Of a stretch of 64,000 nucleotides of DNA, positions 1-10,398 are shown piece after piece. This DNA comes from Nitrosopumilus sp. Its GTDB lineage: Archaea; Thermoproteota; Nitrososphaeria; Nitrososphaerales; Nitrosopumilaceae. The translations under genes were made by a program, and so were the position numbers. Location: assembly GCA_965204345.1 (NCBI GenBank), contig OZ241981.1:1664001-1728000 (forward strand). Direction: 5' to 3'. The first letter of the stretch is position 1. Every line of letters starts with the position of its first letter. Under the pieces are notes generated by a model. That model saw only the letters and a program-made list of their open reading frames with translations. It did no database searches and was not told the DNA's origin.

Positions 1-1
1 T

Positions 2-607
2 GATGGATTTATCTTTCTCTCAAAGCATGCTGCTGAATCCGGCGTTCTGGCTTTGACCTGTCATAGTACCGGAAACTTTTCTAGTGCAAAGTTTGGCGGA
101 AACGATAGGCAGGTTGCAGTTCCAAAACCTGACTTTCAAAAATCATATCTTCAAACTTTGAAAAAAAATCAATCACAATTTTCAGACTTTCAAGTTACTA
201 TAGAGGCAACACATCATGGGCCTACTGCACTGACAAAGCCTTCCATATTTGTAGAAATTGGCACTACTGAAAAACAATGGACTGATGTATCCCTTTGCAG
301 TTCTGTTGCCTCGCTTGTACATCAGGTAATGTCTCATCCCATCAAGGAACATCCTGTGGCAATCTGTTTTGGGGGTACTCACTATCCTACAAAGTTTACC
401 CGTGAACTGTTAGAGGGTGCCTACTCTCTTGGAACTGTAATTCCCAAACATGCCTTAGCTGATCTTGACGAGTCCTTGTTTTCTCATGTTCTTGAACAAA
501 ATAGCATGGCAAAAGCCGCTCTTTTAGACTGGAAGGGATTGGGATCACATAAACAAAAAGTACTTGAACTACTTGGCCGAACTGACCTTGAGGTAGTCAA
601 GCTTTGA
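2..607 (+). CDS. dtdA: D-aminoacyl-tRNA deacylase (archaeal DTD2/GEK1 type), 5'-truncated by window edge
   Basis: Frame open from window start (DGFIFLSKHAA...). Motifs TCHSTGNF, EATHHGPT, FVEIGT, GGTHYP. Confidence 0.9.
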   Translation, partial: DGFIFLSKHAAESGVLALTCHSTGNFSSAKFGGNDRQVAVPKPDFQKSYLQTLKKNQSQFSDFQVTIEATHHGPTALTKPSIFVEIGTTEKQWTDVSLCSSVASLVHQVMSHPIKEHPVAICFGGTHYPTKFTRELLEGAYSLGTVIPKHALADLDESLFSHVLEQNSMAKAALLDWKGLGSHKQKVLELLGRTDLEVVKL

Positions 608-903
608 ATCTGCAGCAAAAAATCTTCAAAAAATTACTTGAGGTGCCAAAGGGCCAACTTACAACATATGGCGAGTTGGCAAAATCTGTTGGGTTAAAAA
701 ATGGCCAGCGCGCAGTTGGCAAAATAATGAACAAGAACCCGTATCCTGTGATCATTCCATGTCATAGGGTTGTCATGTCTACTGGAAAAATTGGCGGTTA
801 TGCATATGGCGAACATGTTAAAACCAAGATGCTAAATGACGAGGGTATTCAAATACAGGATGGAAAAATTGTAAATTTAAAAGATATTCTTTACAGGTTT
901 TAA
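604..903 (+). CDS. ogt: Methylated-DNA--protein-cysteine methyltransferase (MGMT family)
   Basis: Active-site PCHRVV; TTYGELA...RAVG helix-turn-helix. Confidence 0.92.
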   Translation: MNLQQKIFKKLLEVPKGQLTTYGELAKSVGLKNGQRAVGKIMNKNPYPVIIPCHRVVMSTGKIGGYAYGEHVKTKMLNDEGIQIQDGKIVNLKDILYRF

Positions 904-1355
904 TCTTTTCTCTTTTCTCTGATTTCATCCATCAATGTTCTAAGGTGTGCCTTGTTTCTGACTGTGTTTCCGCCAACCTTTTTGTACAAAGCCCAGAATT
1001 CAGGATTGGTCAGATCCTTTCTGTCTTTTGCAATTTTCAGTAGCCGCCTCAACGATCGAACCTTGGCAACGTAAACCTCCTTTTTGCCGACCCTTGCGCC
1101 CTTTCTTCCCTGCTTGGAACCCTGTGTTGTACCCCTTTTGTTCCTTTGATCTTTCTTTTCTTGCGCCCTTCCTCTTGATGTTCCCGTAAATGATTTAATT
1201 TTGATTGTATTAGCTGTGATGAGACTTCGGATATTTTCCCTTGTAATTGCATCTGCAATATCATCTAGATGATCAGCATCAAACTTTATTCTATGAACTC
1301 CGACACCAGTAACTCTGGCTGCAAGTCTCTTCTTAGCTTTAAGATTTACTACCAT
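900..1355 (-). CDS. rpl19e: 50S ribosomal protein L19e
   Basis: NLKAKKRLAA...TRENIRSLI...GTSRGR...GSKQGRKGAR, typical of L19e; lies downstream of L32e. Confidence 0.95.
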   Translation of the reverse strand: MVVNLKAKKRLAARVTGVGVHRIKFDADHLDDIADAITRENIRSLITANTIKIKSFTGTSRGRAQEKKDQRNKRGTTQGSKQGRKGARVGKKEVYVAKVRSLRRLLKIAKDRKDLTNPEFWALYKKVGGNTVRNKAHLRTLMDEIREKRKD

Positions 1356-1743
1356 CTGCACTCACTCTTGCATTAAAAACCTTGAACTTTCGCTCAATTG
1401 CTTTAACAACGATCTCTTTTCTTTTTCTAGTCCCAACACTATGTCCAAATCTGACCCCGTCTTTTTTTGGATCTAGCTTTTCTAGATCATTTAAGTTGTA
1501 AACTAGGTTATCTGTAAATCCTGATGGGTGTAATCCTCTTGCGTCTTTGGGTCCGCCATACCCGACTTTGACAAGACCTGGACGGCCTCTGCTTTTTTGT
1601 TTTCTTTGATGGTGATCAATGCCCTTTGGTTTTCTCCAGTTAGTCTGAAGCCTAACATAGCGCCAGCTCTCCGGCCTGAGAAAATCCGGATTGTGTTCTT
1701 TTACCTCCTGTCTTTTTGCAATCTTTTCCTTATTGATCGGCAT
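1339..1743 (-). CDS. rpl32e: 50S ribosomal protein L32e
   Basis: FLRPESWRYVRL..WRKPKGID..GYG..RGLHPSG; start taken at MPINKE. Confidence 0.95.
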   Translation of the reverse strand: MPINKEKIAKRQEVKEHNPDFLRPESWRYVRLQTNWRKPKGIDHHQRKQKSRGRPGLVKVGYGGPKDARGLHPSGFTDNLVYNLNDLEKLDPKKDGVRFGHSVGTRKRKEIVVKAIERKFKVFNARVSADGSKS

Positions 1744-1891
1744 CAGTTTGACTCTTGAATTTTGGAATAAATACGTTCCTAGAAAGGAAAAAATTTCATA
1801 TGGGAAAAAGATAATAAGGAAACTCAAGGCGGATCGAATATCTCATGAACCTGCCTGGGATTGAAAAAATTATTTTTGGAGGCATAATCCT

Positions 1892-3496
1892 CTGACTGAA
1901 GTACTTGGTACTGCCCCAACTAAGAAATTCTCATCACAATTGGTTTCATTTGGAATCAATCCCTCCAAAGTCCACAGAAATCTAAGCGTAGGTGATATGA
2001 TTGCTCTTTCAGTTCAACGAAACGAGGGCGTGGTCAATTCAACAGGCTCTCTTTCAGTCAATACTGGCAAGTATACGGGCAGATCACCTGATGACCGATT
2101 TATCGTATATGATGGGAAAACTCATGATGCAGTTGATTGGGGAAAGATTAACCATCCGTTCCCAAGCGATAAATTTGAAAAGCTCTTTGAAAAAATGAAA
2201 AACTTTGTTGAGAACAAGGAACTTTTTGTTTTTGACGGCTTTGTAGGAGCCGATCCTGAGACCTGTCTGCCTATCAGGGTAATCAATGATCATGTATGGC
2301 AAAGCATGTTCTCAAGTAATCTGTTTATCCGGCCAACTGATGAGGAATTAGAAAGACACGAGCCTGAATTTACTATTTTATGCATTAATGATTTTGTGGC
2401 CGTGCCTGATGTTGATGGCACCAGAACTGATGTCTTTATTCTAATTGATCTAACTAGAAAGATTGTGCTGATTGGAGGAACTGAATATGCAGGCGAAATG
2501 AAAAAGTCCATGTTTGGCGTAATGAATTTTCTGTTGCCTGACCGTGGGATTTTTCCAATGCATTGCTCTGCAAATATTGGTGAAAATGGGGACACTGCTT
2601 TGTTTTTTGGCCTGTCTGGTACTGGAAAAACTACTCTTTCAGCAGATCCTAACAGAAAGCTAATCGGTGATGATGAGCATGGCTGGTCTGATAACGGGAC
2701 GTTTAATTTTGAAGGTGGCTGCTATGCAAAGTGCATTAATCTTAGCCAGGAGGCAGAGCCTGAAATATGGAATGCGATTAAACCTGGCGCACTTTTGGAA
2801 AATGTCGTGTTAAATGACAATATTCCGGATTATGATGATAACACGTTAACTGAAAATACTCGCGTTGGATACCCCTTGGATTTTATTCCCGGAGCAGTAA
2901 TTCCAAGCGTTGGTGGAAATCCTAGGGCAATTGTATTTCTGACTGCTGATGCCCTGGGAGTCCTGCCTCCTGTTTCTAGGCTGACTAAAGAAAGTGCAAA
3001 GTATCATTTCATGTCCGGCTATACTAGTAAATTGGCTGGAACTGAGAGGGGCATCAAAGAGCCAAAATCCGTATTTTCCCAATGCTTTGGGGCGCCATTT
3101 ATGCCCAGGCCTGCATCCGTTTATGCCAAGCTTTTGGGTGAGAAGATTAACAAGCATAACACCATAGTCTATCTTGTTAACACCGGATGGTCTGGAGGTC
3201 CTTACGGTGTAGGCAAACGAATCAAGATAAAATACAGCCGCGCCATGGTAACTGCCGCACTTTCAGGGGCACTTGATACTGTCAGATATAGGCATGATGA
3301 TTTGTTCAACCTGGATGTTCCAGTTGAAGTTCAGGGCGTGCCCTCTGACATCTTGGATCCGAAGAATACCTGGGCTGACAAGGATTCCTATGATCTTTCT
3401 GCCAAAAAATTGGCACAGATGTTTGTTGAGAACTTTGCGAAATTTGAAAATGTCTCACCTGAAATTGTTGCAGCAGGCCCGCACATCCTACGGTAA
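1892..3496 (+). CDS. pckA: Phosphoenolpyruvate carboxykinase (ATP)
   Basis: TGRSPDDRF, GTEYAGEMKK, MHCSAN, FGLSGTGKTTLS, LIGDDEHGW, NFEGGCYAK. Start is either CTG 1892 (after GGAGG) or TTG 1940. Confidence 0.95.
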   Translation: MTEVLGTAPTKKFSSQLVSFGINPSKVHRNLSVGDMIALSVQRNEGVVNSTGSLSVNTGKYTGRSPDDRFIVYDGKTHDAVDWGKINHPFPSDKFEKLFEKMKNFVENKELFVFDGFVGADPETCLPIRVINDHVWQSMFSSNLFIRPTDEELERHEPEFTILCINDFVAVPDVDGTRTDVFILIDLTRKIVLIGGTEYAGEMKKSMFGVMNFLLPDRGIFPMHCSANIGENGDTALFFGLSGTGKTTLSADPNRKLIGDDEHGWSDNGTFNFEGGCYAKCINLSQEAEPEIWNAIKPGALLENVVLNDNIPDYDDNTLTENTRVGYPLDFIPGAVIPSVGGNPRAIVFLTADALGVLPPVSRLTKESAKYHFMSGYTSKLAGTERGIKEPKSVFSQCFGAPFMPRPASVYAKLLGEKINKHNTIVYLVNTGWSGGPYGVGKRIKIKYSRAMVTAALSGALDTVRYRHDDLFNLDVPVEVQGVPSDILDPKNTWADKDSYDLSAKKLAQMFVENFAKFENVSPEIVAAGPHILR

Positions 3497-3497
3497 G

Positions 3498-5522
3498 CTA
3501 TCTTCTCCTAATCAAACCAAACATTGCTATTCCAATTAAAATCACGCCAATTATTCCAATCTGTCTTTCTGGAATGTCTGGTATGGCCATTGCATTTTGA
3601 TTTTCTGCCAGCGAATTAATCTCAATTGTATTGTATGCGCTTGATGTATTCCCGCTGACTTTGATTTTAGCATCTATCCAATACATCGAATTTTCATAAA
3701 TATCAATGGACGCTTTTTTGTCTGGGGTTGCAGTTGTAGTATGTGTGCTCCCATCTTTACTGTTTGTTACTGAAATTTTTGCAAAACTCCACTCCTCTGG
3801 ATGCCGAATGTCAAAATCTAATCTTTGGTTTTGCTGATTGATCGAAATTGAACCCTGTGTATACTGTATTATGAACGGAACTGTATAGCGTATGTCTTCG
3901 TGATTTATGACTAATCTACCCTCATGCTCGCCAAATTTTTCCTCACTCATATTCATCTTAAGATGCAGTGTGTCTCCCTCTAGGATATGTGCAAATTTGA
4001 CAAATTCAGGCACCTCAAAATCTACCTCCAAACTATCCCAAGATCCGCCAAGCAATTTTAGTTTGAGTTGCTGCTCTGCAATCTTTTTTTCTGATGATAC
4101 ATTGACTACAAAATTTGGCGGCATGATGACTAGCTTTGCATTATATGCACTGCCAATGTCTAGTCTGCCTGCACCCGTCTCGTGTACTGAGAATCCCTGC
4201 CCATAGGTATCAGTTACAGGCTCAACTGTGGTTAATAATAAAGACTTTATTTCATGATGGTGAAGTTCTGGGTTTTTCTGAAGTAACAATGCTGCTGCCC
4301 CGCTGACATGCGGGGCTGCATAGCTGGTTCCGCTGGTAAAGTTGTATCCTCCGTTATTTTGAGTCGTATTGATGTATGCCCCGGGTGCTACCATTTCAGG
4401 CTTGATGTAAAATGGAGATACCGGTCCTCTAGAACTAAAATGCGTCACAAAATCTGGGTTATAAAACAAATGCATGGCAGATTCGCTGTCTTTTGTGATT
4501 GATTCTCTAATCTCTAATCCCTCCTCCCTGTCCATGGACACTGCTGGAATTCTTGGCACATATTCTGACTCTATAAACTCATGAATTAATTCCCCCAAAA
4601 AAATCCCCTGCCTGTTATTGTAAACAATTAGCGCCTTTGCTCCAGCATCTGCTGCATTTTTTTCCTTAATTGAAAAATATAGTAGTTCTCCCTCTACATC
4701 GCTTCCTCGCTCTACGATTACTATTGCATCTTTTGCATCTATCCCTTCAAAGTCTTCAATTTTTCCATACCCTCCAAAAACAATCTTTCCCTGAATTGAA
4801 TCTTCCACTTTTGAGGATCCGACCATCGGAATTACGGTATATGGCTTTTCATCTACTTCTAAGGTTGCCACCAAACTTGAAGTCAGGTTATTGTATGTAG
4901 CTCCCACCGTTACTGATCCAAAGTTTCTTCCAGGGCTGCCAATTGTTTTTAATCCCGGTCCGTCATTTCCAGCCGCTGTAACTACAAAAATCTCTTTTTC
5001 TAGTGCCAAATTAACTGCACGATCAATCTTTGCATTTGTTTTGTTTACTCCCAAACTTATGTTAATTATGTCTGCCTTGTCCTCAATTGCCTTTTCAATT
5101 GCCATGATGATTAAATCTGATGATACCCCTTCCCCATCTTCTGAAACTTTGTAGGCTAGAATTTTTGCTTTTGGTGCTATGCCTGATATCTGCCCATCTG
5201 CTGCAATTACGCCTGCCACTTGGGTGCCGTGGCCATTTGTATCTAAGGGGGGCTGCCCTGTCTGTATAAAGTTGTACCCTCCTATCACTTTTCCGTCTTC
5301 ACCCCATCCAAACAGTTCTGGATGATTAAAATCAACCCCTGTATCTATTACTGCAATTCTTATTCCCTCACCATCGATTCCATCAATTCTGGGAATATCT
5401 GTACCTACAAACGGTATGCTTTTTTGCAGGTATGTGCCAACTTCATTTTCAGTCTGTAATGTCTGTGATAAAATAAAAATCCCCAGAATTACTATAATTG
5501 ATGAGAAAATTACTATTTTCAC
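3498..5522 (-). CDS. Membrane-anchored subtilisin-like S8 serine peptidase with PA domain
   Basis: Triad motifs VIDTGVD, HGTQVAG, GTSYAAPHVSG; PA insert (AIVIVERG...AGAKALIVYN); hydrophobic segments at both ends. Start uncertain (5522 or 5555). Confidence 0.9.
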   Translation of the reverse strand: MKIVIFSSIIVILGIFILSQTLQTENEVGTYLQKSIPFVGTDIPRIDGIDGEGIRIAVIDTGVDFNHPELFGWGEDGKVIGGYNFIQTGQPPLDTNGHGTQVAGVIAADGQISGIAPKAKILAYKVSEDGEGVSSDLIIMAIEKAIEDKADIINISLGVNKTNAKIDRAVNLALEKEIFVVTAAGNDGPGLKTIGSPGRNFGSVTVGATYNNLTSSLVATLEVDEKPYTVIPMVGSSKVEDSIQGKIVFGGYGKIEDFEGIDAKDAIVIVERGSDVEGELLYFSIKEKNAADAGAKALIVYNNRQGIFLGELIHEFIESEYVPRIPAVSMDREEGLEIRESITKDSESAMHLFYNPDFVTHFSSRGPVSPFYIKPEMVAPGAYINTTQNNGGYNFTSGTSYAAPHVSGAAALLLQKNPELHHHEIKSLLLTTVEPVTDTYGQGFSVHETGAGRLDIGSAYNAKLVIMPPNFVVNVSSEKKIAEQQLKLKLLGGSWDSLEVDFEVPEFVKFAHILEGDTLHLKMNMSEEKFGEHEGRLVINHEDIRYTVPFIIQYTQGSISINQQNQRLDFDIRHPEEWSFAKISVTNSKDGSTHTTTATPDKKASIDIYENSMYWIDAKIKVSGNTSSAYNTIEINSLAENQNAMAIPDIPERQIGIIGVILIGIAMFGLIRRR

Positions 5523-5599
5523 AAGTTTTACATCATTATAACAAGTAAAAATCAACTGCTTGCTAAACCAATAAATTGAATAAATATCTCATGTTTTGC

Positions 5600-6220
5600 A
5601 TGGGAAAACACACTCTTCCTGAAATGCCATATGCTTATGATGCATTAGAACCTCACATTGATGCTAAAACAATGGAGATTCATCACACAAAACATCATCA
5701 AACATACACTGACAAACTAAATGCAGCTCTTGAAACATGTCCATCTGAAATTCAGGATAAGGACATTGTTGATATCCTCTCTGATATCAACTCCGTACCA
5801 GATGACAAAAGGGGCGCAATTAATTTTAACGGTGGTGGTTATGACAACCATAGGTTATTCTGGAATAACATGAAACCAAATGGGGGCGGAGAACCCGGAG
5901 GATCTATTGCAGATGCAATCAATGATTCTTTTGGCAGCTTCTCTGACTTTAAAGAGAAATTCTCATCTACTACAGCTGTAATACAAGGCAGCGGTTGGGG
6001 ATGGCTGGTATACAATCCTTCTTCAGGAAAGGTTGAATACAAATCAATGCCAAACCAGACAAGTCCAAGAACCGAAGGACTAGTACCACTGCTTGGCTGT
6101 GATGTGTGGGAACACGCATACTATCTCAACTATCAAAACAAAAGACCTGCATACATTGAGGCATGGTGGAATGTTGTTAATTGGGACGAAGTAGAATCTA
6201 GATTCTCTAAAGCAAAATAA
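5600..6220 (+). CDS. sod: Fe/Mn superoxide dismutase
   Basis: LPEMPYAYDALEPHID, HHTKHHQTY, DVWEHAYY. Confidence 0.97.
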   Translation: MGKHTLPEMPYAYDALEPHIDAKTMEIHHTKHHQTYTDKLNAALETCPSEIQDKDIVDILSDINSVPDDKRGAINFNGGGYDNHRLFWNNMKPNGGGEPGGSIADAINDSFGSFSDFKEKFSSTTAVIQGSGWGWLVYNPSSGKVEYKSMPNQTSPRTEGLVPLLGCDVWEHAYYLNYQNKRPAYIEAWWNVVNWDEVESRFSKAK

Positions 6221-6308
6221 AGCTAAACCTTTATTTTTTTTCTTATTCTTTAGCCTATCTTCCAAATCTATGAAGAACTTATAACCATCTGGTAGGTGTT
6301 TGTTGTAC

Positions 6309-6746
6309 ATGAGTGAAGAACAAGCAGAACAACTAATGCAACAGATGCAAATGCTTGAAACGTATTTTTCTGACTTGTCCCAAAGAGAAGCAACTTTTAT
6401 GAATATCTTGAGGGAGGCAGCTGCCTCTATTGAATCCATTAAATCCCTTAGTCAAAACGCTGAATCTGAAACTCTAGTACCCATTGGCATGGGAACTTTT
6501 GTTCCAACAAAAATTTCTTCTACTTCCAAAATTGCTATGAATATTGGTGCAGGGATTGTCGTTGAAAAAGATTTTCCTGCGGCAATTAATTATCTTGAGG
6601 CAAGGATTAAAGAAATTGAAATTGCCCTACAAGATACCGTTGCAAAAAAACAGGATGCGGCAACACGGCTAGAGCAAGGAAAGACACAGATGAATCAAAT
6701 GATGCAGTCTATGCGACAACCACCACAGCCTCCGACTACGGGATAA
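6309..6746 (+). CDS. pfdA: Prefoldin alpha subunit
   Basis: Coiled coils flanking ETLVPIGMG..NIGAGIVVEK hairpins; directly upstream of ftsY. Confidence 0.9.
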   Translation: MSEEQAEQLMQQMQMLETYFSDLSQREATFMNILREAAASIESIKSLSQNAESETLVPIGMGTFVPTKISSTSKIAMNIGAGIVVEKDFPAAINYLEARIKEIEIALQDTVAKKQDAATRLEQGKTQMNQMMQSMRQPPQPPTTG

Positions 6747-6749
6747 GTT

Positions 6750-8237
6750 ATGTTTGATAAGCTTCGTAGTGCGTTTTCTAATGCAGCAAAAAGTCTTGGA
6801 GAAAAAGAGCTTAATGAAAAAGACATAGAAGACGTTCTTTTTGAACTAGAAATTGCGCTTTTAGAATCTGATGTTGCCCTTGAGGTGATTGATTCTATAA
6901 AATCTGATCTCAAAGACAAGCTAATTGGCTCTAGAGTTGATAAAAAAGAAATTGAAAGATTTGTTAGGGATGGTTTGATTTCCAGCGTTTCTGCGTTGTT
7001 TGATGCTGCGGGAAAAATAGATCTCTTTGAGAAGATTAATGAAAGAAAAGAGCAGGGACAGCCCTTTCTTATTTTGTTTGTTGGAATTAACGGCACTGGA
7101 AAAACTACATCACTAGCTAAAATTGCGTACATGCTCAAGGAAGCAAAATATTCTGTTGTTATTGCTGCTGCTGATACTTTTAGAGCTGGTGCAATTGAAC
7201 AATTGCGAGAACACACCAATCGTCTTAATTTGAAACTTGTTGCTCAAAACTATGAATCAGACCCTGCCGCTGTTGCACGAGATGCAGTTTTGTATGCAAA
7301 ATCTCACAAAACAGATTGTGTGTTAATTGATACTGCAGGACGAATGCAGACCAGCAAAAATTTGATGGAACAAATTGGCAAAATTACCAAAGTTGTAAAT
7401 CCTGACATGAAAATTTTTGTGGGTGATTCTTTAGCAGGTAACGATACTGTTAATCAAGCTCGTGAATTTTTTGAACATGTAAAATTTAATGCTTCAATTT
7501 TAACAAAGAGTGATGCTGACGCTAGAGGCGGAGCTGCATTATCTATTGTTAAGGTTACTTCTACTCCAGTTATTTATGTTGGAGTCGGACAGGAATATTC
7601 TGATCTTAGGCCATTTGACAAGGAACTCTTTCTAGAAACTGTGTTTGGCTCATTAGATACTGTAGATATTACAAAGTCTATAGATTCTGAACCAACATCG
7701 GAACCGACACCAACACCAGAACCGACACCAGAACCAGAACCGACACCAGAACCGACACCAGAACCAGAACCGACACCAGAACCAACACCAACACCAGAAC
7801 CAACACTGGAACCAACACCAGAACCAACACTGGAACCAACACCAGAACCAACACTGGAACCAACACCAGAACCAACACTGGAACCAACACCAGAACCGAC
7901 ACTGGAACCAACACCAGAACCAGAACCGACACCGGAACCAACACCAGAACCAGAACCAACACCAGAACCAACTTCTGATGATCCTTTTGATGGAATCAAA
8001 GATGATGACATTGCAATTTATTCTGACTTGTTTGATATTCCTCCGCCTGAAAATGATAAAGATGCAATGAGTATGGCTAGTAAAATTCGTCAATGGATTA
8101 AAGATGGAAGACCTGATCCTAGAGAATCAAAGAATGTCAGTAATACAGACAATGTGGTAGATAAGGAAGAAATAAAAAAACATGATAAAGAAGAACCCAA
8201 AAAGAAAAAAGGCAGGTTCGGGTTCCTTAAACGATGA
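6750..8237 (+). CDS. ftsY: SRP receptor FtsY with a Pro/Glu/Thr-repeat C-terminal extension
   Basis: [36 protein letters not shown] motifs. Confidence 0.95.
   Translation: MFDKLRSAFSNAAKSLGEKELNEKDIEDVLFELEIALLESDVALEVIDSIKSDLKDKLIGSRVDKKEIERFVRDGLISSVSALFDAAGKIDLFEKINERKEQGQPFLILFVGINGTGKTTSLAKIAYMLKEAKYSVVIAAADTFRAGAIEQLREHTNRLNLKLVAQNYESDPAAVARDAVLYAKSHKTDCVLIDTAGRMQTSKNLMEQIGKITKVVNPDMKIFVGDSLAGNDTVNQAREFFEHVKFNASILTKSDADARGGAALSIVKVTSTPVIYVGVGQEYSDLRPFDKELFLETVFGSLDTVDITKSIDSEPTSEPTPTPEPTPEPEPTPEPTPEPEPTPEPTPTPEPTLEPTPEPTLEPTPEPTLEPTPEPTLEPTPEPTLEPTPEPEPTPEPTPEPEPTPEPTSDDPFDGIKDDDIAIYSDLFDIPPPENDKDAMSMASKIRQWIKDGRPDPRESKNVSNTDNVVDKEEIKKHDKEEPKKKKGRFGFLKR
7688..7972 (+). repeat. Intragenic tandem repeat (6/12/24-bp units encoding [10 protein letters not shown]) in ftsY
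   Basis: GAACCAACACCA / GAACCAACACTG units repeated over about 285 bp. Confidence 0.95.
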
Positions 8238-9148
8238 AACTAAAAACAAAAAATTTGCTCACTTTGGGAGAATTATCCTCAAAGGAATTTTTAGGACTAA
8301 TTGATGATTCCATCAAACTAAAAAAAGAACTCAAAAGGGGTGCAGGCAAACCTGTTCTAAAAAACAAAACACTGACAATGATCTTCCAGAAACCTTCTAC
8401 CCGAACACGAGTCAGTTTTGAGGTTGGAATGTATCAGTTGGGAGGACATACAGTCAATCTTTCGTCTAATGACATGCAGCTATCCCGTGGCGAATCAATA
8501 GAAGATACTGCAAAAACTCTTTCACGGTATTCTGATTGTATTATGGCGCGTGTATATGATCATGACTTACTTGAATCCTTCTCCAAGCATGCAAGCATTC
8601 CTGTGATAAATGGCCTTTCTGACACTTTTCATCCTTGCCAGATACTTGCAGATTTTATGACAATAAAAGAAAAAAAGAAAAGACTCAAGGGACTAAAGAT
8701 TGCATGGATTGGTGATGGCAACAACGTCTGCAATTCCATGATTTATGGCGCAGCCTTATCCGGAGCTGGCATGTCTGTTGCAACTCCAAGGGGATTTGAA
8801 CCCAACAAATCCGTCGTAAACCAAGCTAAAAAATCCACAAAAATAGAACTAACAACTGATCCATTCACAGCATCTAAAAACGCAGATATTGTTGTTACAG
8901 ATACGTTCTCATCAATTCACAACCTTGACAAAAAACGATTAAAAAAATTCTTGCCAAAGTACCAGGTAAATGAAAAATTAATCCAGTCTGCAAAAAAAGA
9001 TGCGATCTTTTTACACTGCCTTCCGGCAAAACGGGAACAAGAGGTTACCTCATCTGTAATTGATGGACCACAATCAGTTGTTTGGGATGAGGCAGAAAAT
9101 CGCCTACATACTCAGAAGGCTTTACTGATTGCTCTGATTTGCGCTTAA
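8234..9148 (+). CDS. argF: Ornithine carbamoyltransferase
   Basis: [36 protein letters not shown]. Confidence 0.96.
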   Translation: MKLKTKNLLTLGELSSKEFLGLIDDSIKLKKELKRGAGKPVLKNKTLTMIFQKPSTRTRVSFEVGMYQLGGHTVNLSSNDMQLSRGESIEDTAKTLSRYSDCIMARVYDHDLLESFSKHASIPVINGLSDTFHPCQILADFMTIKEKKKRLKGLKIAWIGDGNNVCNSMIYGAALSGAGMSVATPRGFEPNKSVVNQAKKSTKIELTTDPFTASKNADIVVTDTFSSIHNLDKKRLKKFLPKYQVNEKLIQSAKKDAIFLHCLPAKREQEVTSSVIDGPQSVVWDEAENRLHTQKALLIALICA

Positions 9149-9184
9149 CGTATATAAGAGCAGATTCAAACTCGGATTCTATAG

Positions 9185-9667
9185 ATGGCTTATTCGAAAA
9201 TATTGCGTAGACTAAGAGAAGAAAAGACCAATTATAGAAAACGTGGCACCATGCTGATGGGCAAGCGTGATTTTATAACTGTAAATATTACTAATGAAAA
9301 TACTCTAGTCCAAATATTAAAACCAGGCATGACTGGAGACAGGGTCGTAGCTTCTGCCCATTCTAGATCTTTACTTGACAAGGGATGGAAGGGTTCTAGA
9401 AAAAGCGTGCCTGCTGCCTATCTTACAGGCTATCTGGCTGGTAAGAAGGCATTGGGCCAAGGTACCAAGGATGCAATTTTGTACACTGGAACAAGACGAT
9501 ATACGCAAAGAATGGCAGCATCTCTGAAAGGAGTTATCGATGCAGGCCTTCAAGTTCCGGCTAATGAAGAAACATTTCCATCCGAGGATAGAATCAACGG
9601 GGAACACCTAACTGTTAAAAATGAAATTTTAAAAATAAAATCTTCCATTGACAATGAGGCCAAATAG
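9185..9667 (+). CDS. rpl18: 50S ribosomal protein L18
   Basis: RRLREEKTNYRKR, PAAYLTGYLAG; operon position. Confidence 0.93.
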   Translation: MAYSKILRRLREEKTNYRKRGTMLMGKRDFITVNITNENTLVQILKPGMTGDRVVASAHSRSLLDKGWKGSRKSVPAAYLTGYLAGKKALGQGTKDAILYTGTRRYTQRMAASLKGVIDAGLQVPANEETFPSEDRINGEHLTVKNEILKIKSSIDNEAK

Positions 9668-9669
9668 AA

Positions 9670-10392
9670 ATGAGTCAAGCAACACAATCCAAAGGCAGTT
9701 CCGGTCCGCGAGGCAAATCCGCTCCTGTATATGGACGGGGTCCTCCTGAAGGAACTAAGGGCAGTGGAGACCGTCCAAAGAGACCCCGACGAGAACCTGA
9801 AGAAGAGGTTTGGATTCCAAAAACTATTCTGGGACAAAAAGTTGTATCAGGGGAAATTTCATCCCTCGAAGAGATTATTGAATTAGGATTAAGGATTCAG
9901 GAATCTGGCATTATTAAGAAGCTACTGCCAGATTTAAAAAGCGAAGTTGTAGATGTTGGCATTATTCAGAAAATGACCTCTAATGGTCAGTCAACTAGGT
10001 TTAAAGCGATTGTTGCGGCAGGAAATGAAAATGGTTACCTGGGTATCGGTCAAGGAAAATCAAAACAAATGAGAATTGCTATTGAAAAGGCAACTAGTCA
10101 GGCCTATCTTAATGTTAATCCGATTAAAATGGGATGCGGCAGCTGGGAATGCAGGTGTGATCAAAAACATTCTGTTCCATTCAAAGTCAAGGGCAAAGGC
10201 GGAAGTGTTACAATCGAAATTATTCCTGCACCTCGTGGATTGGGCCTTGTAGCAGGCGGTAAAATTAAACGGTTGTTGGAGTTGGCAGGTCTCAAAGATG
10301 CATGGACTACTGCAAAGGGCTCTACCCCTACAATGAACTCGACCTCAAAAGCTATACTGGATTGTCTAAGACAGACATTCAGTCAGAGTTGA
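9670..10392 (+). CDS. rps5: 30S ribosomal protein S5
   Basis: WIPKTILG, GCGSWEC, PAPRGLGLVAG. Confidence 0.95.
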   Translation: MSQATQSKGSSGPRGKSAPVYGRGPPEGTKGSGDRPKRPRREPEEEVWIPKTILGQKVVSGEISSLEEIIELGLRIQESGIIKKLLPDLKSEVVDVGIIQKMTSNGQSTRFKAIVAAGNENGYLGIGQGKSKQMRIAIEKATSQAYLNVNPIKMGCGSWECRCDQKHSVPFKVKGKGGSVTIEIIPAPRGLGLVAGGKIKRLLELAGLKDAWTTAKGSTPTMNSTSKAILDCLRQTFSQS

Positions 10393-10398
10393 TGAAAA

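Noticed and set aside
7574-8093. Minus-strand ORFs with GSGV, FWC and VLV repeats
   Set aside because: Antisense shadows of the ftsY tandem repeat.
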